64,000 nucleotides of DNA from an uncultured delta proteobacterium (GCA_963743305.1 CAVUPH010000033.1:1-64000); one strand, 5' to 3'. Shown: positions 52,698 to 62,161, numbered from the stretch's first letter. The notes: generated by a model not told the origin, from the letters alone. Numbers and translations: made by a program.

Positions 52698-53742
52698 TAC
52701 TGTCCCTCCTCTCTATTTTCGACATGGCTCTAAAATACTCAGCCTCCCGGGTCTTATCAGTCAGCCGGGCATACCGCCGGGTCTCCTCAATGCTCCGGTG
52801 CCCCAACAAAACCTGGAGACACTCCAGACGCATGCCGGCGTTGAGAAACTCCGTAGCAAAGGTGTGGCGAAGGGTATGCAGGGAATATCCCTTGTCGGCC
52901 AATCCCGCCTTCACCAGATAGCGCATAAAAATGGTCCGGGCGGTGCTGTAGGACATGGTCTCTGTCCGGGTATAGATCAGGTACTCCTCACTGGGATTCC
53001 TCTTCTTCAACCACCCCCGCAGAGCCAGGACCGCATCGTCGCTGAGATAGACCACCCTCCCCAGGCGGTTCTTCTCCCCTTCGTAAATCTCTATCCTCCG
53101 CTCCTTGAGATGGACGTCGGCCATCTTGGTATTAAGCAGTTCACCGATCCGCAGGCCCGTCCTCAACAAGACCAGGACCATGGCCCGGTCACGAATATCT
53201 TCAATGACCGAAAGCAGCTTCTGGAGATCGTCAGGATCCATGGCCCGCGGCAGCCGCTCCGGTAACTGCAACCGTATCCTCCTGCTGAATAGTTCCGCGG
53301 AAACCATCCCTTCTTCTAACAGGTAACGGAGAAAGGCTTGCACACTCACCAGCCTGGTCCTGATCGTTGTAATCTTAATCCCCCGGTCCTGCTCCTGCTC
53401 AATGAACGCCTCCACATCCCTTCGGGTAATGGCTTCAAGGGATGCTTTGCCGCTCTCTCGTATCAGGCCAAGAAAAAGAATGATCGCCCCAAAACGACTG
53501 TACAAGGTCCTCGGTCTGCGGTTGCCATGAGTCAGGTGACGAAGATAGGCTTCCACCTGATCCTTCCCCGGAAGGTCCATCCGGACCAGCCGTTTTAAAA
53601 TCTGGCCAAGCGCTTCTAAACAGTCTTTAGAATTTATTTTAAATCGTAATCGCGTTTGATAATAATGGGGAGCGTTACCGGCGGGAATCTTAAAATCAGA
53701 AGATTTACTCGTCTGCTGTAGATCACTATGTCCGTTCATCAT
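52603..53742 (-). CDS. Tyrosine recombinase/integrase (XerC/D-like) 1
   Basis: TGLRIGE, EKNRLGR, HTLRH, LLGH, TRRY; AAGGAG RBS. Confidence 0.95.
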   Translation of the reverse strand: MMNGHSDLQQTSKSSDFKIPAGNAPHYYQTRLRFKINSKDCLEALGQILKRLVRMDLPGKDQVEAYLRHLTHGNRRPRTLYSRFGAIILFLGLIRESGKASLEAITRRDVEAFIEQEQDRGIKITTIRTRLVSVQAFLRYLLEEGMVSAELFSRRIRLQLPERLPRAMDPDDLQKLLSVIEDIRDRAMVLVLLRTGLRIGELLNTKMADVHLKERRIEIYEGEKNRLGRVVYLSDDAVLALRGWLKKRNPSEEYLIYTRTETMSYSTARTIFMRYLVKAGLADKGYSLHTLRHTFATEFLNAGMRLECLQVLLGHRSIEETRRYARLTDKTREAEYFRAMSKIERRDSNGDDRCDPELAEIFKAAELFAPCREELSEPH

Positions 53743-53899
53743 CTCTGTCTCCTTTTCTTAAATCAATAAGAAAATCAGACAGATGATGACTAATAAACTC
53801 TTATCTGTCAAACATCAGCTTGGTACGTATAGCAGGAAGCAGTCTTTTCCGAAAGAACAAATCTCCTTCCCTTCTAGCGCGTATAGATAGGAATAACAG

Positions 53900-55189
53900 T
53901 TAAGGCCGCTCCGGTTTTCCTCCTACCATCCGCTGGGTGATCTCCCAGATAACCTGTATTCCGGTTACCAAATCGCTGATCCGGATCCGTTCGTCCACAC
54001 CGTGTATACGCCCGGTATCTTCGGCCTCCAGCATAGCCGGGATCCAGCCATAACAGACCATTCCGAGGTCCCGAAAACACCGCGAATCGGTGAAGCCGGG
54101 GAAAATCCCGGGCAGGAAAACGGCCTGGGGAAAAAATTGTTTAGCGGTTTGTTCCAGACATTGAAAAAATTCGTTTTCAACCGGGGAAAGTGAGGCCGGA
54201 AAGGATTGAATGGCCTGCAGGGAAAAGGGGCCGGGAGGAAGGGTTTCTTTGATTTCAGCCTTCACGGCCTCCAGGGACCGTCCGGGGAGTACCCGCAGAT
54301 CCAAGGTAGCCTCGGCCCGGGCGGGGATCACGTTGGGTTTGAAACCGGCCTGGAGCATGGTGATGCTCAGGGTGTCCTGGAACATGGCCCGCAAGTGCGG
54401 GATCTGAAGGAGGGGATGGCCGGCCAAGGCCTCCGGGGTCAGTTCCGCCAGTCCCAGATTTTTCAACAGGGTCTGCATCTCGGGGAGGACCCGCAAAGGG
54501 CGTCGAACGGCTTTCAGAGCCGACAAGCCTTCCAGCAGGGTATCGCAGGGATTTTGTCCGTGAGGTACGGAACCATGGCCGGCTTTCCCTTCGGCGGTCA
54601 GCCGAAGCCAGAGGGGGCCTTTCTCGCCGAAGCCCAGGATGACCGCCTCCCAATCTCCCATTTTCCAGCCGGAACCCCCTTCGTTCAACAACCAGGCGGC
54701 TTCCAGTTCCGAGGCATGATGCTTCGTTAGATATTCGGCCCCGTTTTGGCTGCCGGTCTCTTCATCGCAGCAGACGACCAGCACCAGGTCTTTGCGCAGG
54801 GGCAGTTTCTCCCGTTTGGCCAGAACGAAGGCCATTAGTTCCATGATCCCCATGCCTTTCATGTCCAAGGCGCCCCGGCCGTACAGATATCCGTCCTTGA
54901 CCATCCCGCCAAAGGGGGGGACCGTCCATTCCTGGGGATTGGCGCCCACCACGTCACAGTGGTGCAGGAGCATCAACCCTTGGGGATCTCGGTCAGAGGT
55001 CAGCCGGCTGATCAGGTTGGGGCGTTCCGAATCCGCCCCCAGGATGGCAGCGGGAAGTCCTTCTTTCTTGAGGAAGCGGCTTAGAAACTCGATGGCCTTT
55101 CGTTCGTTGCCCGGCGGGTTGGTCGTGTCAATCCGAATGTATTCCGAAAGCAAATCGGTCGCCTCCTGTTCAATAGCCTTCCAATCCAT
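53900..55189 (-). CDS. M20/M25/M40 metallo-hydrolase (ArgE/DapE-like)
   Basis: HHCDVV, GRGALDMKG, DEE, NEG, GHGS, IHGVDE. Confidence 0.93.
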   Translation of the reverse strand: MDWKAIEQEATDLLSEYIRIDTTNPPGNERKAIEFLSRFLKKEGLPAAILGADSERPNLISRLTSDRDPQGLMLLHHCDVVGANPQEWTVPPFGGMVKDGYLYGRGALDMKGMGIMELMAFVLAKREKLPLRKDLVLVVCCDEETGSQNGAEYLTKHHASELEAAWLLNEGGSGWKMGDWEAVILGFGEKGPLWLRLTAEGKAGHGSVPHGQNPCDTLLEGLSALKAVRRPLRVLPEMQTLLKNLGLAELTPEALAGHPLLQIPHLRAMFQDTLSITMLQAGFKPNVIPARAEATLDLRVLPGRSLEAVKAEIKETLPPGPFSLQAIQSFPASLSPVENEFFQCLEQTAKQFFPQAVFLPGIFPGFTDSRCFRDLGMVCYGWIPAMLEAEDTGRIHGVDERIRISDLVTGIQVIWEITQRMVGGKPERP

Positions 55190-55191
55190 AG

Positions 55192-55536
55192 TTATCCTTC
55201 CCGCACGAAATGGGGCATCTGAGCCGGGATTTCCAGAGACAGCTCGATAAAGCCGGCGTAGCGGCCGTCTTGATACCAGGGGGAATGACAGATCAGTCGA
55301 TGCCGGCCTTTTTTTTCAATAGTATAGACATTGGACCTTGGATCCTCCATCATCCGGGCCAATTTGGTCCTGGCTGGCTCCGGGTGGCATTCCAGGACAT
55401 TGGTTCCGATCAACCGCCGCCCGCCCTGGCGGCCATAAACCGCTGCAGATTGATCGTTCATGAATAAAATGGTCCCTCGGGTATCGCAAACCATTACAGC
55501 CCCCGGAAATTCTGTCACCCAATCCACTGCTTCCAT
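55192..55536 (-). CDS. Stand-alone PAS-domain protein
   Basis: AVMVCD..GTILFMN, LIGTNVLECHP. Confidence 0.8.
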   Translation of the reverse strand: MEAVDWVTEFPGAVMVCDTRGTILFMNDQSAAVYGRQGGRRLIGTNVLECHPEPARTKLARMMEDPRSNVYTIEKKGRHRLICHSPWYQDGRYAGFIELSLEIPAQMPHFVREG

Positions 55537-55545
55537 GCCCAGCCC

Positions 55546-56400
55546 CTACATCTTCTTGAGTACTTGATAGATGGCCGAAAAGTCCAACGCATCCTGGTTC
55601 TTGGTAAAGGTCAGGCCGAAAAGTTCCTTGGTCACCCCGGTAAGAAAGGCCGATTTCTTAAGGCTCCGGGCCAGGTCCTGGAGATAATGAAGGTCCTTGT
55701 AGATCAGGGCGGAGGAAAAATGGGCTGAAAAATCTTCGGTCAGCAGTTTCTCGCGCTTGGCGTTTAAGACCAGGGATTGGCCGGCCCCTTCGTTTAGTAT
55801 TTCCAGGACTTTTTCCTTGCTTAAGCCGGAGGCTTCGCCCAGTACCAGGGCTTCAGCGATGGCCGCCATAAAAGCCCCCAACGCTAAGTTATTGATTAGT
55901 TTCATTTTGGTGGCCGACCCGGGTTCCTCCAGGTAGAATATCTTCCGGCTCATTTTTTCGAGGATGAATCGGGAGTCCTCGTAGGCTTTCTTGTCGCCGC
56001 AGACCAGAGACACCAAGGCCCCTTGAGAAGCAGGGACGACACTCCCCAGGACCGGCGCCTCCAGGTAATGCCCCCCCTGGCTCATCAGGATGTCGTGAAA
56101 CAAAAGGACCTCTTCGAAGTGATTGGTGGAGGTGTCAATGAGGATCTTGCCGGGTAGACCTCCCTGAATGAGGCCGTCCTTCTTGAAAAAGACCGATTTG
56201 ACCGCTCGGCTGTCAAATAGATTGATTATCAGCGTGTCGACCTTTTGGACCAACTGGGCCGGAGATTCGGCGACCGGCACACCCAGATCGGTGGCCTTTC
56301 CCGCGGTTCTATTCCAGACCACCAATTCCAGCCCTTCGGAGATCAACCGCCTGGCCATCGCCTTTCCCAAATGTCCTAAACCGATGAAGCCTATTTTCAT
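55546..56400 (-). CDS. NAD(P)-dependent 3-hydroxyisobutyrate dehydrogenase-family oxidoreductase
   Basis: IGFIGLG.LG, WNRT, EAPVLGS, KLINN, KDL. Confidence 0.92.
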   Translation of the reverse strand: MKIGFIGLGHLGKAMARRLISEGLELVVWNRTAGKATDLGVPVAESPAQLVQKVDTLIINLFDSRAVKSVFFKKDGLIQGGLPGKILIDTSTNHFEEVLLFHDILMSQGGHYLEAPVLGSVVPASQGALVSLVCGDKKAYEDSRFILEKMSRKIFYLEEPGSATKMKLINNLALGAFMAAIAEALVLGEASGLSKEKVLEILNEGAGQSLVLNAKREKLLTEDFSAHFSSALIYKDLHYLQDLARSLKKSAFLTGVTKELFGLTFTKNQDALDFSAIYQVLKKM

Positions 56401-56638
56401 GTTTCTTCTCCTATCGATGATTGATGAAGTTGTTCAAAACACGAAAATTTATTCTCTCACAAACATCGAAAAGGATCAATTGGAACCTCCAATTTATGGT
56501 TAAGAAAAGAAGTTTGAATAAATCGATATCCCGGAGAAAAATCGAAGGACTTGGTTGACACTCTGGAAATAGGAATTATCATAATTAAACAGAGGTGAAG
56601 AAAAACAGCCTACGTTGAAACAAAAGGAGAGGGAACCA

Positions 56639-56830
56639 ATGAAAAACAAAATGTGGATGACTGTTTTAGCGTTGTCCTGTTTGGCGGTTGGTCTGCTGAG
56701 TGGTGGGTGTGTGTTCCCGCAAGCCGGCCAAAGATCTGAACGTGAACAAAGACCGGTGATTGGAGTTTCTTCCGAGTTGCCGGAAGTTATCTACCAAAAC
56801 GGCTCGCGCCGTCCCCCTTCGAATCCTTAA
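56639..56830 (+). CDS. Small or truncated lipoprotein
   Basis: Signal peptide MKNKMWMTVLALSCLAVGLLSGGC, AAGGAG RBS, TTGACA promoter upstream. Confidence 0.45.
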   Translation: MKNKMWMTVLALSCLAVGLLSGGCVFPQAGQRSEREQRPVIGVSSELPEVIYQNGSRRPPSNP

Positions 56831-56869
56831 AGACGGAAGTGTTTTGAAATAATTAAAGGAGGCGACCCG

Positions 56870-57532
56870 TTGGAATTTAGTGAAGCCGTCCGCAGAAGGC
56901 GAAGCGTCCGTTTGTTTCTTCCCGACCCTATTCCCCGTGATACCATCACGCGCATCGTCGATCTGGCGCGGTGGGCTCCCTCGTGGGGAAATACCCAACC
57001 CTGGGAGATCGTGGTTGCCGACGGGGACCAGGCCAGACATCTGGCCGAGGCTTTCGAGGCGGAAGGGAAGAAAGGCACCCCACCCCGTCCTGACCTGGCG
57101 ATTCCCTTGGACTTCCCGGAAGTTAACCAGAAGCGTTATAGGGGGCTGGGAAAAGAACTGCTGACTTTCATGGGTATCGCCCGCGATGACCAGCAGGCGC
57201 GAGTGCAGCACTACCTGAACATGTACCGATTCTTCGGGGCGCCGGCGGTCATTTACCTCCTTATCGATGGGGCACTCAATGAGCCTTACGCTTGCCTCGA
57301 TATCGGGTCCATCGGAACATGCATTTGCTACGCCGCCGTGCAGGAAGGTTTGGGGACCATCTATCTCGCGGCGTCCATGCATTTCCCGGACATCGTCAAA
57401 GGGGTGCTGGGCATACCGGCGGACAAGAAGATCGTGATCGGGATCGCCCTTGGAATTCCGCACCCGACCGCGCCGGCCAGCCTGTTTCGGAGCAGCCGCG
57501 TCCCGGTCGAGGAGATCCTTCGATTCGCTTGA
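56870..57532 (+). CDS. Nitroreductase family protein
   Basis: RRRSVR.F, APSWGNTQPW, FFGAP, GLGT. Confidence 0.92.
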   Translation: MEFSEAVRRRRSVRLFLPDPIPRDTITRIVDLARWAPSWGNTQPWEIVVADGDQARHLAEAFEAEGKKGTPPRPDLAIPLDFPEVNQKRYRGLGKELLTFMGIARDDQQARVQHYLNMYRFFGAPAVIYLLIDGALNEPYACLDIGSIGTCICYAAVQEGLGTIYLAASMHFPDIVKGVLGIPADKKIVIGIALGIPHPTAPASLFRSSRVPVEEILRFA

Positions 57533-57549
57533 GGGGCGGAAATCTTCGG

Positions 57550-58743
57550 CTAGTGTTTGCTCATCATCTGAGTCACGGCCTTTTCCAGGCCGTCGAGGGT
57601 CAGTTCAAACATGGGGAAGATTTCCCGGATCTGCAGGATGGTGTGGGTGTAGGGCCAGCGTTCGGCCATGACCGGGTTGATCCAGACCGATCGCGGAAAG
57701 GTCTGGGCGATAAACTTCAGCCGTTCGAAGCTCGGCTTCCCTGACCGGTCCCCCACATAAATCGACCCGTCCATGCCCAGTAACTCGTAGGGGGCCATGC
57801 TGGCGTCTCCGAGGATGACGAAGCGGGTTTCCGGGTCCAGGCGGACCAACTGTTCCACCGGGAAAGGTTTTGTCCGGCGGGATGGATCTTCCCACAAGTA
57901 ATCATAGATGGTGTTGTGGAAGAAAAAGGTTTTCAGGTCTTTGAACTGGGCCCGGGCATAATTAAACAGGGTCTGACAAAGCTCGATATAGGGGTCCATG
58001 GACCAGCCGCCGTTGTCCACCGCCAGGATGACTTTTAAGCGGTCTTTTAAACTGCGGTCGAAGATAATTTCTATTTCCCCTGCGTTTTTCATGGTCTGGT
58101 AGATGGTCTTGTCTACATTGACCCGGTCCTTGGGGCCGGTCGGGATCAGGTTCCGCAACCGCTTCAAGGCCTCGCCGATCTGGGCCTGGGTCAAGGGCCC
58201 TTCCTGGGAATAATCTCGATAGCGCCGCTCCATGGCCACCTTGACGGCCGACTTGTTGCGCGACAGGCCTCCCACCCGCATTCCGCCGGGATGGAATCCC
58301 GAATGCCCCACCGGCGAGGTTCCTCCCGTGCCGATCCACTTGCCGCCGCCGTGATGGGCCTCGGTCTGTTCTTTTAAACGGTCCATAAAATATTTCAGCA
58401 GTTCCTCGGGAGTCAATTTTTTGAGTTGATCTTCGTCGATTCCTAAAAAGTCGGCCAGGGTCTGGGGATCTTTCAACCAGTCTTCCAGCAGGGCGCGGGC
58501 CACTTCCGAAAGCTCGAAATCTTCGGGGGAGATAAATTCCAGGCCCCTGAAATGGTGGGCAAAGGCCCGGTCGTAGAGATCGAAATACCTTTCGCTCTTG
58601 ATCAACAGCGTCCGAGCCCCAATGTAAAAATCATCCAGGGAGTTGATCAGTCCCTGACTTAAGGCCCGCTGTAGCTTCAGAAAGGCCGTGGGACTTACCG
58701 GGATCCCGGCCTCCTTCAAAAAATAAAAAAATTGTACGAACAT
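57550..58743 (-). CDS. VWA-domain (CoxE-like) MoxR partner protein
   Basis: HHGGGKWIGTGGTSP.GH, DNGGWSM (MIDAS-like), FFHN, GDASMAPYEL; real start ATG at 58743. Confidence 0.88.
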   Translation of the reverse strand: MFVQFFYFLKEAGIPVSPTAFLKLQRALSQGLINSLDDFYIGARTLLIKSERYFDLYDRAFAHHFRGLEFISPEDFELSEVARALLEDWLKDPQTLADFLGIDEDQLKKLTPEELLKYFMDRLKEQTEAHHGGGKWIGTGGTSPVGHSGFHPGGMRVGGLSRNKSAVKVAMERRYRDYSQEGPLTQAQIGEALKRLRNLIPTGPKDRVNVDKTIYQTMKNAGEIEIIFDRSLKDRLKVILAVDNGGWSMDPYIELCQTLFNYARAQFKDLKTFFFHNTIYDYLWEDPSRRTKPFPVEQLVRLDPETRFVILGDASMAPYELLGMDGSIYVGDRSGKPSFERLKFIAQTFPRSVWINPVMAERWPYTHTILQIREIFPMFELTLDGLEKAVTQMMSKH

Positions 58744-58763
58744 GGTGTCTCTTTCTTCATGGT

Positions 58764-58924
58764 TTCGCAAAAAGTCGGAAACCCCGTCATTGCGAGCGAA
58801 GTGAAGCAATCCCCATCATGGGAACTGGCTGATTCTTGGGGATTGCTTCGTCGCTTCACTCCTCGCAATGACAGTGCTGGGAACTTTTTGCGAACATATC
58901 ACTTGATGAACTCGTAAAAAGACG
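58764..58924. repeat. Shell repeat (TCGCAAAAAGT...ACTTTTTGCGA) containing a GTCATTGCGAG..GAAGCAATC / GATTGCTTC..CTCGCAATGAC REP pair, plus an extra half-shell
   Basis: Inverted arms read directly between moxR and the VWA gene. Confidence 0.8.
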
Positions 58925-58930
58925 AATTAG

Positions 58931-59782
58931 CTATATCTTGAAACGAGTCACCCCTTTTTGGGCGACCGCGTAGTCGGGGCTTTTCTTGAACAACACCCCC
59001 AGATAGGGCACCTCACCCTTAACCAGGTCCTTGGGACGAAAATCAGGGTCGGAGCGCAGGGCCCGAATCCAGTTGATCAGTTCCCGGGTGGCCGGTTTTT
59101 TTTCAATGCCCCGGATTTCGCGCAGCCGGTAGAAGGCCTGCACGGTGCTGTCCAGCAGGTCCCGGCTGATTTCCGGGAAATGAACCTGGATGATTCGGCG
59201 CATCATGTCCGGCTCCGGAAAGGCGATGTGGTGGAAGTTGCAGCGGCCCAGGAAGGGGTCGGACAGGTCTTTCTTGGCATTGGAGGTAATGACGATCACC
59301 GGGCGATGTTTGGCTTTGACGGTTTTGTCGATTTCAATGATGTCGAACTCCATCTGGTCCAGCACATCGAGCATATCGTCCTGGAAGTCCGTATCGGCCT
59401 TGTCGATTTCATCGATCAGCAGGACCACTTTTTTATCGGTCACAAAGGACTGCCCAATTTTCCCCATTTTGATATATTCTTCGATATTGCTCACCTCCCG
59501 ATTGGAGTCGCCGAAACGGCTGTCGTTCAACCGGGTCAGGGTGTCGTATTGATAAAGCGCGTCAATCAACTTCATGCTCGATTTAACGTTGAGCACGATC
59601 AGGCGCATCTTTAAGGCCTCGGAAATGGCGTAGGCCAGCATGGTTTTGCCGGTCCCCGGTTCCCCCTTCAGTAACAATGGCATCTCCAAGGACATGGAGA
59701 TGTTGATGATCTTGGCCAATTCCTCGTCCAGGACATATTTGGACGCCCCGGAAAATTTTTGCGGTTCGGTTCCACTTGCCAT
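58931..59782 (-). CDS. MoxR-family AAA+ ATPase
   Basis: KGEPGTGKT, LLIDEIDKAD, ITSN; upstream of the VWA gene. Confidence 0.93.
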   Translation of the reverse strand: MASGTEPQKFSGASKYVLDEELAKIINISMSLEMPLLLKGEPGTGKTMLAYAISEALKMRLIVLNVKSSMKLIDALYQYDTLTRLNDSRFGDSNREVSNIEEYIKMGKIGQSFVTDKKVVLLIDEIDKADTDFQDDMLDVLDQMEFDIIEIDKTVKAKHRPVIVITSNAKKDLSDPFLGRCNFHHIAFPEPDMMRRIIQVHFPEISRDLLDSTVQAFYRLREIRGIEKKPATRELINWIRALRSDPDFRPKDLVKGEVPYLGVLFKKSPDYAVAQKGVTRFKI

Positions 59783-59870
59783 GCTGTGACTCCTTCGTTT
59801 AATTTAACTGCTTATAATATAAGAAAATTTAGGTTTCTGGTCAAGGGTTTTATGACAAAACGCGGTCTAT

Positions 59871-60086
59871 TCAATGTTTTCGGCGGGTATAAATTACCTG
59901 ATACCGGTCGCCAGAGGCCATCAGGCAACTGGTGCATTCTCCGGTCAACTCCAGGGGGTCCAAAGGCTCCAGATGGACCTCGAAACCCATTTCCCGGTAT
60001 TCTTCCACCGCTTCACTCAATCGGGGTTCATCGGCGGTAAATTGTTTGACCCAGCCTTCCTTTTCTAATTCCTGATGCCGGCTCAT
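59871..60086 (-). CDS. Conserved small hypothetical protein (CxxC)
   Basis: GWVKQFTADEPRLSEAVEEY...CTSC...VIYTR; AAGGAG RBS. Confidence 0.7.
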   Translation of the reverse strand: MSRHQELEKEGWVKQFTADEPRLSEAVEEYREMGFEVHLEPLDPLELTGECTSCLMASGDRYQVIYTRRKH

Positions 60087-60095
60087 AGAATCTCC

Positions 60096-60386
60096 TTACC
60101 AGGAATGGGTGATAGCTCCCGGTTTACAGGCGGCCACGCAGGGTAGGGGAGACCGATGAAACGCCGGTTTACAGGAGCCGCAGACGTATTTGATTTTTTT
60201 ACGTTCCGAATCCTTAACTACCGCCACCGAAGTATCACGGAAAGGATCGTTCGGGTCCCCATCCAGGACCTCAAAGACCCCAGCCTGGCAGGCCAAAACG
60301 CAGTCGCCGCAGCCGTCGCATTTATCCGTATCGAGGCGGATAAAGAATTCCCCCGAACCGTCGAGATATCCGTAATGGGCGATCAT
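60096..60386 (-). CDS. 4Fe-4S ferredoxin-like protein
   Basis: CDGCGDCVLAC and CGSC...CVAAC. Confidence 0.85.
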   Translation of the reverse strand: MIAHYGYLDGSGEFFIRLDTDKCDGCGDCVLACQAGVFEVLDGDPNDPFRDTSVAVVKDSERKKIKYVCGSCKPAFHRSPLPCVAACKPGAITHSW

Positions 60387-60492
60387 AACAAATCACCGGG
60401 TTCAAGGTATAAGGTTAAAGGTTCAGGGGAATGCCTAAAGGAAAACTGAATCAAAGATCTTACCCGTCCACCTTGCGCCCTGGACCTTTTTG

Positions 60493-61353
60493 TTATTTTC
60501 CTTTTTCCGCCAGGGCCTTGGCAAATAGGGCGGCGCCGAGGGCCCCAGCGATCTGGGTATCGTAGCTGGGCTTGAGGGCCTTGAGGCCCAATTCCTTTTC
60601 CAGCCGGGAAACCACTCCGCTATTTTTGGCAATACCGCCGGTGATGGCGAAGTCTGGCTCCAGGCCGATCCGTTTCAGCAGGGTAGCCACCCGGTGGGCC
60701 ATGGCGGAGGTGTAGGCGGCGATGACTTTTTCCTTGGGCCACCCCTTCCGCAGAAGACCCGAAGCCTCGGACTTGGCGAAGACCACACAGGTACTGCTCA
60801 CCGGGGGCGGCTCTTCCTTCACTTTCAACGACAGTTCGCCTATCTCATTAATGGAGACCCCCAGCAGGTCGGCAAACACTTCCAGGCCCCGGCCGGTCCC
60901 GGCGGCGCATTTATCGTTCATTAGAAAATTGGTCACCTTGCCCTGTTCGTCGATATGGATGGCCTTGCAGTCCTGGCCGCCCATGTCCAGCACGGTGCGG
61001 ACCGTGGGGCCGTACATAAAATTGGCGCCCCGTCCATGGCAGGCGATTTCCGTGATGGCTCGTTGGGAAAAAGGCACATTGACCCGGCCGTAGCCGGTTC
61101 CCACGATAGAGCGAATTTTATCCAAAGTCAGACCGGTCCTCTCCAGTGCCCAGTTCATGGCATTAGCGGCGCTGTTGGGGCTGTCGGACCCGGTGCGCAT
61201 GTTGGCATAGCAGTAGATTTCGCCGTCGGTCATCACCACCGCCTGGGAACTTACTGAACCCACATCCACTCCGGCGGTGATGAGCGTAGCTTTTCTCCAG
61301 TCTTTATCCGGCGCGGTCCACCGGGATTCTGTCCATCTCCAAAATTCGGCCAC
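60493..61353 (-). CDS. bzdQ: Benzoyl-CoA reductase ATP-binding subunit (BzdQ-type)
   Basis: EFWRW N-terminus, GVDVGSVSSQA, GTGYGR, DMGGQDCK, NDKCAAGTG, STCVVFA. Confidence 0.85.
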   Translation of the reverse strand: MAEFWRWTESRWTAPDKDWRKATLITAGVDVGSVSSQAVVMTDGEIYCYANMRTGSDSPNSAANAMNWALERTGLTLDKIRSIVGTGYGRVNVPFSQRAITEIACHGRGANFMYGPTVRTVLDMGGQDCKAIHIDEQGKVTNFLMNDKCAAGTGRGLEVFADLLGVSINEIGELSLKVKEEPPPVSSTCVVFAKSEASGLLRKGWPKEKVIAAYTSAMAHRVATLLKRIGLEPDFAITGGIAKNSGVVSRLEKELGLKALKPSYDTQIAGALGAALFAKALAEKGK

Positions 61354-61374
61354 GCGTCTATCCTTCCTGTCAAT

Positions 61375-62142
61375 TTAGGCGCCGGCGGCCAATAGGGCCG
61401 CGCCATAGGCACTGACCGTTTCCGGGGTTTCCGGGATGAAGATTTCCGTATCCAGTTCCCGTCGCAACGATTCCACCAGCCCAACGTTTCGGGCTACCCC
61501 GCCGACGAGCATCACCTCTTTTTCCATCCCCACCCTCTGGACCAGGGAGACGATCCGGTCGGCGATGGCCTCGTGGACGGCCCGGGCTATATCCGGCTTG
61601 GGGATTTGGGAATGAATCAGAGTGACCAGCTCCGATTCGGCAAAGACGGCGCATTGAGCGTTCATGGCCACGGCTTTGGTAGACTGCAACGAAAGCGGCC
61701 CTAACTGTCCAATGGTCACTTCCAGCGCCCGGGCCATGGCTTCGGTAAAGGCCCCGGTCCCGGCGGCGCATTTTTCATTGATGGCGAAGTCCACCACCTT
61801 ACCGCCGGCGTCGATCCTGATGGCCCGTGCTTCTTCGGCCCCTACGTCGATGACGGTTCGGATGCGCGGCTCCAATCCGATAGCGCCTCTGGCCACTGCC
61901 GAAACCTCACTGACCTGGCCGTGGGCTTCGGAAACTTCTTTCCTCCCGGCGCCGGTGGAGATGATCCGATCTATTTGATTCAACTGGACCCCGACCTGGG
62001 GCAGGGCGTCCGCCCAGGCGGCCTGCATCGATTCCCTGAGGTCATATCCAACCGGGATAATGGTTTGGCCTATAATCAGGTTATCCTTTAAAAGGATGAT
62101 TTTGATGGTTTTCGCGCCCACGTCCACGCCCGCTGTAAACAT
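61375..62142 (-). CDS. Benzoyl-CoA reductase / CoA-activase subunit (BzdP/BcrD-like)
   Basis: GVDVGAK, STGAGR, DVGAEE, NEKCAAGTG, AQCAVFAES. Confidence 0.85.
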   Translation of the reverse strand: MFTAGVDVGAKTIKIILLKDNLIIGQTIIPVGYDLRESMQAAWADALPQVGVQLNQIDRIISTGAGRKEVSEAHGQVSEVSAVARGAIGLEPRIRTVIDVGAEEARAIRIDAGGKVVDFAINEKCAAGTGAFTEAMARALEVTIGQLGPLSLQSTKAVAMNAQCAVFAESELVTLIHSQIPKPDIARAVHEAIADRIVSLVQRVGMEKEVMLVGGVARNVGLVESLRRELDTEIFIPETPETVSAYGAALLAAGA

Positions 62143-62161
62143 GATGTTCTTCCTCTTTTAT

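Larger units (their letters stand above)
51717..53840. mobile_element. 2.1-kb twin tyrosine-recombinase element
   Basis: Direct repeat CAGGAAGC at 51717-51724 and 53833-53840; inverted ends CTATACGTACTAA / TTGGTACGTATAG; subterminal 17-bp IR at 51739-51755 / 53763-53779. Confidence 0.85.

Noticed and set aside
51804-53742. Housekeeping xerC/xerD or an integron integrase for the attC relics
   Set aside because: The tandem arrangement inside defined inverted ends indicates a mobile unit; I saw no IntI-specific insertion and no adjacent attC.
58744-58809. N-terminal extension (MLHFARNDGVSDFLR...) of the VWA protein, and the similar extension of the RluA ORF (22200-22250)
   Set aside because: Both are translations of upstream REP/heptamer repeats; the real starts are the downstream ATGs.
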